DNA of 64,000 nt from an uncultured Candidatus Saccharibacteria bacterium (GTDB lineage: Bacteria > Patescibacteriota > Doudnabacteria > UBA920): contig CAYYQK010000005.1 of NCBI GenBank assembly GCA_964473815.1, positions 3,847 through 67,846 on the forward strand, given 5' to 3'. The notes below the pieces were generated by a model. That model saw only the letters and a program-made list of their open reading frames with translations, ran no database searches and was not told where the DNA came from. This document shows, one piece after another, positions 56,384 through 64,000 of the stretch (position 1 is the first letter of the stretch; each line of letters opens with the position of its first letter). The translations under genes and the position numbers were made by a program.

Positions 56384-56953
56384 TCAGGCCGACGCGCCGC
56401 TGACTTGATCGACGTGTGAAATCGGTAACGGGTAAGCCGAGTTAAGCTCGTCCCACTCCATTTCCTTGTCCGAAACCAGTTCGACCAGCGGTATGCCGCC
56501 TTCTGCGGCGTTTACAAGATCTAACACGTAAGCTTTGGCAAGCACCGGCGTTAGATTCGCCTCAGAGAACTCCCTAATCTTCGCCACGGCCCTTGTGAGT
56601 TTTTCCTCCTGGAAATCACAGTCGTGATCCGGGTGGCTAAACGTGTTCTTGTTGGCCATGTCGCCGGCGCAGCCGGTATGACTGAGGAAGTAAAATGAGG
56701 TGATGCCGTTTTCGATCATTATTTTTACGGCACTCATGGCGTTACACCTCACCGACTCATTCGGGCTTATCAGGTCATTAACTGAGCCTGCTACCCTGTG
56801 AGGATAGTACTGCCCGGGTTTGAGCCCCAGGATGTTCTCGGCGAAATTCCTGTGGGCCAAGGTCAGCCGTCTATCCATACATCCATAAATGATTGCTGTC
56901 GGCTGAACCGAATCATCGACCATAGGTAATAAAGCAATTTGTTTTCGTTGCAT
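56384..56953 (-). CDS. Beta-class carbonic anhydrase-like protein
   Basis: CMDRR (CxDxR) and HTGC (HxxC) metal ligands; RBS ggagga. Confidence 0.65.
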   Translation of the reverse strand: MQRKQIALLPMVDDSVQPTAIIYGCMDRRLTLAHRNFAENILGLKPGQYYPHRVAGSVNDLISPNESVRCNAMSAVKIMIENGITSFYFLSHTGCAGDMANKNTFSHPDHDCDFQEEKLTRAVAKIREFSEANLTPVLAKAYVLDLVNAAEGGIPLVELVSDKEMEWDELNSAYPLPISHVDQVSGASA

Positions 56954-57087
56954 CTGTCCTCCGTGGGTTGTAATTAAACATGGGATGTTGCCGCCAAAAT
57001 TAGCGACAGATCTAAAAATAACAAATTTTGCATTGTCTGTCAACGATGTTAGAATAAAGAAAACAATCGTGATAATTTTAAAAATTT

Positions 57088-57705
57088 ATGATCAAAACTT
57101 TAATTCTCAATGCTTCATTGAAGCACAAAGATAATGCAGCGCCATCAAATACCGAGGAGCTCGCTCAGTTAGTTATCGACAATATGAAAAAATATGCTGG
57201 CGACGAGGAAGTTGATGCCGAAATTATTCGTTTAGCAGATTACAAAATTGATGTTGGTTTAGGTTTTCAAGAAAGCGATGATGACCAATGGCCGGAAATC
57301 GTAAACAAAATTCGCGAAGCAGATATAGTAATTTTTGCAACGCCAGTTTGGTGGGGACAACGAAGTAGCTTGATGCAGCGCGCCATCGAACGCATGGACG
57401 CTTTCGATGAAGAAGTAATTGCCGGTGGTCGTAAAGAGTTACTAAACAAAGTGGCAGCCGTAGTAGTAACAGGCAGCGAAGACGGCGCCCAGCAAGTCAT
57501 CGCCTCTATATTAGAGGTGCTAACCTTCATGAACTTTACTATTCCCCCTCAAGCTGGATGCTACTGGGTCGGTGAAGTTGGTGATGATCCAAAAAATGAA
57601 CGTGAACAAAGGCTGCAAAGCAAAGCCGCTCCTCACATGGCTGAAGTTACAGCTAAAAACCTTGTACAGATGGTAAAAATTTTAAAAACTAACCCGTTAG
57701 CGTAA
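57088..57705 (+). CDS. Flavodoxin-like NAD(P)H-dependent FMN reductase family protein
   Basis: SNT, DDQW, ATPVWWG and GSEDG motifs. Confidence 0.85.
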   Translation: MIKTLILNASLKHKDNAAPSNTEELAQLVIDNMKKYAGDEEVDAEIIRLADYKIDVGLGFQESDDDQWPEIVNKIREADIVIFATPVWWGQRSSLMQRAIERMDAFDEEVIAGGRKELLNKVAAVVVTGSEDGAQQVIASILEVLTFMNFTIPPQAGCYWVGEVGDDPKNEREQRLQSKAAPHMAEVTAKNLVQMVKILKTNPLA

Positions 57706-58473
57706 ATGCCGTTAGCAAAAATTCACACACATAGAACAAGATTAGGGAAAGATATAGTTGCTGAGTTTATGCCTTCACAACGGCAAAACAAAAAGCAGCG
57801 AGTCATTATTTTTTGTGATGGCGCCCCTACAATTCCAAACAAACGCAACCTAATGCTTGAATTTAGCAGATTAGGTTTTTGGGTTTTTCACCCTCGCTAT
57901 CGTGGAACTTGGGAAAGCGATGGTAAATTTTTACAACAGTCCCCTCATCTAGACGTTCTTGATTCAATCACCGCTATTTCTCATGGATTCAAAGATTTGT
58001 GGGATAACAAAAAGTACAAATTAAATCCCGATCAAATTATTTTGGTTGGCGGTAGTTTCGGAGGACCTGCCCAACTTCTTGCCGCTAAAGATGAGCGCGT
58101 TAGTAAAGCAGTGGTTTTCGCTCCTGTTATAGATTGGAAAAAATTAGGTAGCGATGAACCAATTAGTTTTATGAAGAAATTTTTTCCCGAAGCATTTGGG
58201 AATGGATACAGAGTCGCAAAAAACGGTTGGGAAAAACTTCAAACCGGAAAATTTTACAATCCAATGTACGAGAGTGATACCATCCCTGGAGAAAAAATTA
58301 TTATTTTCCACGCAAAAGACGACAAAAGTTGCCCTTACGGATTATCTAAAAAGTTTGCTGAAAAAATAGGCTGTAAATTTGTCCCTATAAACAAAGGTGG
58401 GCACCAAGGGACTTCTTTATTATTTGAACCGAGATACTTCAAAATTTTCAAAAAGTTTATTGATCAAATTTAA
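57706..58473 (+). CDS. Alpha/beta hydrolase
   Basis: YRGTWESDG and GGSFGG nucleophile elbow; late D and H residues. Confidence 0.82.
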   Translation: MPLAKIHTHRTRLGKDIVAEFMPSQRQNKKQRVIIFCDGAPTIPNKRNLMLEFSRLGFWVFHPRYRGTWESDGKFLQQSPHLDVLDSITAISHGFKDLWDNKKYKLNPDQIILVGGSFGGPAQLLAAKDERVSKAVVFAPVIDWKKLGSDEPISFMKKFFPEAFGNGYRVAKNGWEKLQTGKFYNPMYESDTIPGEKIIIFHAKDDKSCPYGLSKKFAEKIGCKFVPINKGGHQGTSLLFEPRYFKIFKKFIDQI

Positions 58474-58484
58474 TCAAAATAATT

Positions 58485-59510
58485 ATGAAAAATAAAATTA
58501 TCATTGCTATTGTGATTATTATTGCTTCATTGGGAACTGTAGTGTTTTGGAAGTATCAAAACAAGCAAAAGGAAGTAAAACGTCAACAGCAAGAACAAGC
58601 CAAGGCTGATGTTCCAGCAATAAACGGTTTACCGGTCAACGAAGGTGTAGCCACTACCAGACCTTTGGCTGTGGTTATTGAGAATCACCCTGATGCCCGC
58701 CCGCAGTCCGGATTGTACTTCGCAGACATTGTGTACGAAACACTCGCCGAAGGTGGTATTACTCGCCTGTTGGCTATTTTTCAAACTCAAACTCCAAAAG
58801 AGATCGGGCCAGTTCGCTCAGCCCGACCTTACTTTAACAACATCGCAGACCAGTGGCACGCTGCCTTCGCGCACGTGGGCGGCAGCGAACTGGCCCTTAG
58901 CGAACTCGACTCAGACGTCTACAAAAACTTAACAGACATTAATCAATTTTCTTTTGGTGATTATTTTTACCGCAGCAAAGAACGCGTCGCCCCACACAAC
59001 GCCTACACAACCACAGAATTAATGCGCACGCTGCTCACCAAAAAGAAGTGGGACAAATGGGAGCAGCGCCATCTCGGCGATTTCGAAACCATCCCAACCG
59101 AAAAACTGCAAACTACCGTCACACAAATTAACGCCAAATTCTTCAGCCCTGCCTTCAATGTTGAATTCGACTTCGACCCTAGCACCGGCCTCTACAACAG
59201 AATCAACGGCGCCAAGCCGTTCGTGGATGCAATCAATAACACACAAATTGCGCCGCGCAATGTGCTTATAGAATTTGTTGATGATTACTCTGTACCCATG
59301 ACCCCAGCAAACGGACTTGGTTTGCACCTAGACGAAGATGGTCGCGCCTTGCTGTTCACCGGCGGCGGTGTCACCGAAGGAACCTGGCGCTACAAAGACG
59401 GCTTCACTCAGTATATGGGTGCAAACAACCAAACAATGAAGTTCCAACCTGGCCAAACTTGGATCATCCTCATGCCAAAAAGTTTAACTAACAATGTAAC
59501 TTGGAAATAA
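58485..59510 (+). CDS. DUF3048 domain protein
   Basis: RPLAVVIEN, ARPQSGL, EGGITR, GPVRSAR and APHN motifs. Confidence 0.88.
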   Translation: MKNKIIIAIVIIIASLGTVVFWKYQNKQKEVKRQQQEQAKADVPAINGLPVNEGVATTRPLAVVIENHPDARPQSGLYFADIVYETLAEGGITRLLAIFQTQTPKEIGPVRSARPYFNNIADQWHAAFAHVGGSELALSELDSDVYKNLTDINQFSFGDYFYRSKERVAPHNAYTTTELMRTLLTKKKWDKWEQRHLGDFETIPTEKLQTTVTQINAKFFSPAFNVEFDFDPSTGLYNRINGAKPFVDAINNTQIAPRNVLIEFVDDYSVPMTPANGLGLHLDEDGRALLFTGGGVTEGTWRYKDGFTQYMGANNQTMKFQPGQTWIILMPKSLTNNVTWK

Positions 59511-59511
59511 T

Positions 59512-59982
59512 ATGAAAATTAAAGTAAACCAAAAAGCTCCTGACTTCAAATTGCCAGACCAAAATGGCGACATGCACAAACTTGCTGACTACAAAGGTCA
59601 GTGGGTGTTAATTTATTTCTATCCAAAAGATGATACGTCCGGTTGCACCACCGAAGCTTGCGCCTTGCGCGACACATTCCCCAAATTTGGAAAGCTCAAG
59701 GCCAAAGTTTTAGGTGTGAGCATTGACTCAGTAGCAAGTCACAAAAAATTCGCAACCAAATACAAACTTCCCTTCACATTGTTAGCAGATGAAGATAAAA
59801 AGATGGTCGAAAAGTATGGTGTGTGGCAAGAAAAAAGTATGTACGGCCGCAAGTACATGGGCACCATTCGCAACTCTTACCTAGTTGACCCGAGTGGCAA
59901 AATTGTGCGAATATACGAGAAGGTCAAACCTGCAGACCACGCTGAGCAAGTTTTGACTGACCTCAAAGAACTCCAGAAATAA
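59512..59982 (+). CDS. bcp: Thioredoxin-dependent peroxiredoxin Bcp
   Basis: YFYPKDDTSGCTTEAC. Confidence 0.93.
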   Translation: MKIKVNQKAPDFKLPDQNGDMHKLADYKGQWVLIYFYPKDDTSGCTTEACALRDTFPKFGKLKAKVLGVSIDSVASHKKFATKYKLPFTLLADEDKKMVEKYGVWQEKSMYGRKYMGTIRNSYLVDPSGKIVRIYEKVKPADHAEQVLTDLKELQK

Positions 59983-59984
59983 CT

Positions 59985-60260
59985 ATGAACAAACACGTAA
60001 ACATTACAATTCACGGCAAAGTCCAAAAGGTGGGATTCCGATTTGCCGCTATTGAACAAGCTATAGACCTCGAGCTAACCGGCCTAGTCAAAAACTACGA
60101 AGATAACAAAGTTGTCATCGAAGTGGAAGGCGAAGTCGACCAACTCAAAAGATTCCTGCAATGGTGTCACGTTGGTCCGAAAGGCGCCAAAGTCGATAAA
60201 GTCGACTATGAGTCAACAGAAAATTTACAAAACTACGAAAAGTTTACCGCGGAAACCTAA
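59985..60260 (+). CDS. acyP: Acylphosphatase
   Basis: GKVQKVGFR, GLVKN and GP motifs. Confidence 0.9.
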   Translation: MNKHVNITIHGKVQKVGFRFAAIEQAIDLELTGLVKNYEDNKVVIEVEGEVDQLKRFLQWCHVGPKGAKVDKVDYESTENLQNYEKFTAET

Positions 60261-60333
60261 GGCTGGGTCCGCGGTTTTAGTATTGACATTTCGCAAAAAT
60301 AAGCGCAAAATAGGGCCAAAGGAGGCTACTGCC

Positions 60334-60594
60334 ATGAAAACCTATTGGTTTGCAAAGGTGTCGTTCTTCTACCTCAGTTTCGCTTTGTTTGTTTCTGGTG
60401 TTATCCTGCCAATTTACGGTTTGTGGCAAGTCTATGCTGGGTTCAAAGATAAAAAGCATCTGGATGTCCAAATCCTGATGGATCGGTCAATGTTCCTCAC
60501 CGCGATCGGATCTATACTCATTATCCTGGGAATGTTGATCTACAAGATCGTAATGCATTTCGACAACTCCAGTGTCGCAAGCCGCGACAACTAA
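60334..60594 (+). CDS. Small two-TM membrane protein
   Basis: RBS aggagg before ATG 60334. Confidence 0.6.
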   Translation: MKTYWFAKVSFFYLSFALFVSGVILPIYGLWQVYAGFKDKKHLDVQILMDRSMFLTAIGSILIILGMLIYKIVMHFDNSSVASRDN

Positions 60595-60638
60595 AAAGCA
60601 CCGACTCTCCTGCCGGTGCTTTCGCTTTTCTATTTAAC

Positions 60639-61967
60639 TTAGTAATCTCGCAACTTATGAATGTCGCCGTGCTCTTTAATGCGTTCAAGAGCTTTAGCTT
60701 CAATCTGACGAATACGTTCGCGTGTTACGCCGAACTCTTCGCCCACTTCTTCCAATGTGTGAGTCACGCCGTCTTCCAAACCAAAACGCATCTTCAAAAT
60801 TTTCTGTTCGCGTGGGTCTAGGTCGCGCAAAATATTTTGCACATATTCTTTTAACAACTGGCGGCCTGCTTGTTCGGTTGGCTTTGGACGATCTTCATCT
60901 TCAATGAAATCTTGAAGGTAAGAACCTTCGTCATCTGGACCGTCATCGCCTACTGGGGCATCTATAGAAACAGTTTCCTGGGAAATTTTCTTTAAATGAT
61001 AGACTTTATCTACGTCGATTCCCATTTCGGCAGCAATTTCTTCTGGTAAGGGTTCGCGTCCCAAGTCTTGTACAAGAGAACGTTCAGCCTGGGCATACTT
61101 ATTCAAAGTTTCTACCATGTGCACTGGAATACGAATGGTGCGGGACTGGTCAGCCAAAGCACGAGTGATAGCCTGACGAATCCACCAAGTTGCATATGTC
61201 GAAAATTTAAAACCTTTGGTCCAATCGAACTTTTCTACAGCGCGGAACAAACCTAAGTTCCCTTCTTGAATCAAGTCGAGCAAACCAAGGTTACGGCCCA
61301 TGTACTTTTTCGCAATAGATACAACCAAACGCAAGTTCGCTTCGGTTAAACGCTTACGAGCGGCTTCATCACCTTTCAAAATTCTTTTTGCGAGTTCAAT
61401 TTCCTCTTCACTCTTCAAAAGTGGCACTTTACCGATTTCACGCAAGTACATTTGAATGCTGTCATCGTAAATATCGCCAAGGTCAAAACCTTCGAGCAGC
61501 TCATCTTTCTTTTTCTTACCAGCAGCTTCTTGCGCTGTTTCTTCACCACCACTCTTTTGTTCCCAAACGCTGGCTACTTCCTGATCAACAAGTTCAATCC
61601 CTTGCGCTTCCAAAGCATCCATAACGTGTTCAATTGTAGAAATATCATTTTCTAGAGTTGGGAACACGTGCAAAATTTCGGCTTCTGTAACGAAACCGCG
61701 AGCCTTACCTTTGTGCATCAACTCTGCGAGTTGTGCGTCCAGCTTAGCCTGTTCTGCTGGTTCGAGAAGTGGCTTCTTTATTTTCGCAATTGGCTTGTGA
61801 GCCGGCTTAACTACTTTCTTCACGCTCTTTTTAGCGACCACTTTTTTAATCGGCTTTGCAGGCTTGTGAGCCGGCTTCTTTGCCGCAGTCTTTGGACGCT
61901 TTGAAACAGCCACCTTTCGAGCTGGCTTGGTTGCCTTCTTATTCAATTTTTTGAGATTCTTTGCCAT
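60639..61967 (-). CDS. rpoD: RNA polymerase primary sigma factor
   Basis: [36 protein letters not shown] and [10 protein letters not shown] motifs; Lys/Ala/Pro-rich N-terminal tail. Confidence 0.97.
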   Translation of the reverse strand: MAKNLKKLNKKATKPARKVAVSKRPKTAAKKPAHKPAKPIKKVVAKKSVKKVVKPAHKPIAKIKKPLLEPAEQAKLDAQLAELMHKGKARGFVTEAEILHVFPTLENDISTIEHVMDALEAQGIELVDQEVASVWEQKSGGEETAQEAAGKKKKDELLEGFDLGDIYDDSIQMYLREIGKVPLLKSEEEIELAKRILKGDEAARKRLTEANLRLVVSIAKKYMGRNLGLLDLIQEGNLGLFRAVEKFDWTKGFKFSTYATWWIRQAITRALADQSRTIRIPVHMVETLNKYAQAERSLVQDLGREPLPEEIAAEMGIDVDKVYHLKKISQETVSIDAPVGDDGPDDEGSYLQDFIEDEDRPKPTEQAGRQLLKEYVQNILRDLDPREQKILKMRFGLEDGVTHTLEEVGEEFGVTRERIRQIEAKALERIKEHGDIHKLRDY

Positions 61968-62078
61968 TAAAAATATTAATTACTAACCAAACAAACATCT
62001 AACAAAAACAAACGTGGCAAAACAGAAACCCGCAGGTCTGTTCTGCTATATAATTACATATTAAAATGATTTTTATTT

Positions 62079-63884
62079 CTAACTTTCGAGTTTTTGCTCG
62101 AGAGCATATCGATCACTGCTTAATTCAGTAAATTTCTCGGTAAATTGTTTTACCGCTGAATCGTCGTGCAGGGACTCGGCTTTCTTGATGGCTGTCGTGG
62201 TATCTTGCAGTTGCTTATTGATACCAGCCTTCTTAAATAGATAAAAGCTCTTTTTTAGCTCACGCATTAGCGCCAGCTCATTGCCGTTTAGATTTTCTAA
62301 ACTAGATTCTACCATAAACTGAGCTTCGTTGGCAAGTGCCTCATTGGCCGGGGTTCGGTCTACTTCTGGCAGCGGTTCATTGATGAGTTTGGCGTTCATG
62401 AGTGGTCTGAGAGGCGGGGAAATGTATTCTGTGGGCAAACCCTCTTCAGCGACGAACGCGCGGTACTCCGAGTAAGTCATTAAGCCTCCCAAAATCTCCT
62501 TTTCGTGGATGCTTTCTTGGGTAACTTGGACCGGTTTTGGTAATGGATCGCGACGATTTGGTTGTTGATTAGGATTGATGTTCGGCTGCCCTAACGGTTT
62601 TAATGTAGCGCGGAGTTCGTTTTCGGTAACTGCAAATCGTTCGCTAATTAAACGTATGTAGTGGCCTTGCTCCAAGGGATTGGAAAGGTATCTGAGCAGT
62701 GGCACAACTTGTTCGGTTAAATATTGTTTTTGCTCTAAACTTCCAAACTGATGTTGGTGCTCAGCCAAGTCCAAATAGTAATCAATGAACCAAACTGCAT
62801 CGCCAACTGCTTTGCGCCATGAGCCGGGGTTTTTTGGGATTAGTTCGCCAGCGTCTTTGGCATCTTTTAATACGATGACTTTGATACGGAAGCCCATAGC
62901 GAGAGCAATTTCACCTGCGCGGCGCAGGGCTTGAATACCAGCTAAGTCTGCATCAAAACAAAACTTTAAATTTTTAGTCATTCGGCCAATGAGACGCAAG
63001 TGGTCATCAGTCATAGCCGTGCCGCTTGTGGCAACTGTGTTTTCAAATCCTGCCTGATGAGCCAAAATACAATCCATCTGACCTTCTACTATTACCGCTT
63101 CGTCGGCTTTACGGATTGCGAGCTTCGCGGTGTCGAGCCCAAACAAAAGTTTGCTTTTATTATAGACTGCTGTTTCTGGACTATTGATATACTTGGCTTG
63201 TGTTTGTCCGTCTTTAGTTGTCTCCGCACTCGGCATCACGCGTGCAGTGAATGCGACGGTTTCACCATAAAAATTGCGAATGGGGAAAGTTATTCTGTTG
63301 CGGAAACGATCGAAAATATTCCCACGGTCATTTTTGGCCACGACGCCCGCCGCAAGCGCTGCTTGTGATGTTACTTTTTTGGTTTGCAATGCTTTGCAGA
63401 GCGCATCGAAACTGTCTGGCGCAAACCCAATTTCCCATTTGGCAATTGTTTGGTCGTTAAGACCGCGGTCATTTAAATATTGCTTAGCTAGTTTGCCGGC
63501 TTCTGTGTTTAACTGCGCATGATAAAACTTCGCAGTAAAATTATTAATGCGAATTAAATCTTCAGTTTGCTTTTTATCTTCTTTGGCTTCGAAACTTCTT
63601 TCGGGTAAAGTCACGCCGGCTCGCGCTGCAAGTTGCTGTAATGCTTCCCGGAATTCTAAATTTTCGTAGCGCATCACAAAACCAAACACATCACCACCTT
63701 CGCCGCAACCAAAGCAATGCCAAATTTGCTTTTGCGGGGAGATCATCAGGCTGGCAGTTTTTTCATTATGGAAAGGGCAGGTAGCTTTAAAATTAGCCCC
63801 TGACTTTTTTACAGGAATGTACGATGAAATCACCTCAACAATGTCGAGTCTATCCTTAATATCTTGTAAAGTATTATCTGCCAT
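62079..63884 (-). CDS. dnaG: DNA primase
   Basis: CPFHNEKTAS/CFGC zinc finger; KYINSPET, VEGQMD and FDAD motifs. Confidence 0.97.
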   Translation of the reverse strand: MADNTLQDIKDRLDIVEVISSYIPVKKSGANFKATCPFHNEKTASLMISPQKQIWHCFGCGEGGDVFGFVMRYENLEFREALQQLAARAGVTLPERSFEAKEDKKQTEDLIRINNFTAKFYHAQLNTEAGKLAKQYLNDRGLNDQTIAKWEIGFAPDSFDALCKALQTKKVTSQAALAAGVVAKNDRGNIFDRFRNRITFPIRNFYGETVAFTARVMPSAETTKDGQTQAKYINSPETAVYNKSKLLFGLDTAKLAIRKADEAVIVEGQMDCILAHQAGFENTVATSGTAMTDDHLRLIGRMTKNLKFCFDADLAGIQALRRAGEIALAMGFRIKVIVLKDAKDAGELIPKNPGSWRKAVGDAVWFIDYYLDLAEHQHQFGSLEQKQYLTEQVVPLLRYLSNPLEQGHYIRLISERFAVTENELRATLKPLGQPNINPNQQPNRRDPLPKPVQVTQESIHEKEILGGLMTYSEYRAFVAEEGLPTEYISPPLRPLMNAKLINEPLPEVDRTPANEALANEAQFMVESSLENLNGNELALMRELKKSFYLFKKAGINKQLQDTTTAIKKAESLHDDSAVKQFTEKFTELSSDRYALEQKLES

Positions 63885-64000
63885 ATCACTTTAATTTAAC
63901 AGTAAAAGGGCTGCTTTAGCAACTCGACAAAAGGGCAAATAAGTGTTAAAATAAACTGTATTTTGGAGGTTTATTCTAATTTTAGAAATAGGGAGAGGTC

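Noticed and set aside
1-64000. Genome-wide TGA recoding (code 25 or 4)
   Set aside because: Long conserved genes are intact under code 11, and several genes end properly at TGA.

Overview
Bacterial chromosome segment read with genetic code 11. The gene content (type IV pilin cluster, PaaX-like regulator, CPR-style surface-repeat proteins, group I intron in tRNA-Asn) suggests a Patescibacteria/CPR genome; this is inference. 1-6.1 kb is a conjugation/T4SS-like operon (VirB2-like pilin, VirB6-like, PrgI, VirB4, M23 peptidase). It abuts, convergently, a complete diversity-generating retroelement on the minus strand (6.1-10.05 kb): promoter, repeat surface protein, DUF1566/CLec target with VR, avd, TR and RT. 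TR (7280-7409) and VR (7968-8097) align over 130 nt with 14 mismatches, all at TR adenines. The most striking feature is a pair of poly-G tracts. G10 inside the RT gene shifts it out of frame (G11 or G8 would restore it), and G9 sits in the 17-bp spacer of the operon promoter. Together they suggest a phase-variable DGR, although a homopolymer sequencing error is not excluded. A probable element junction near 10.65-10.85 kb truncates a kinase-like gene. The rest is core genes (trpS, infC-rpmI-rplT, murI, nrdR-nrdA-nrdB with tandem NrdR boxes, guaC, rsgA, mscL, DsbA/DsbB-like pair, bcp, acyP, rpoD, dnaG), a tRNA-Asn(GUU) split by a 223-nt group I intron inside the anticodon (35/36), and many small accessory genes. 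Product calls come from motif recognition only; no database searches were run.
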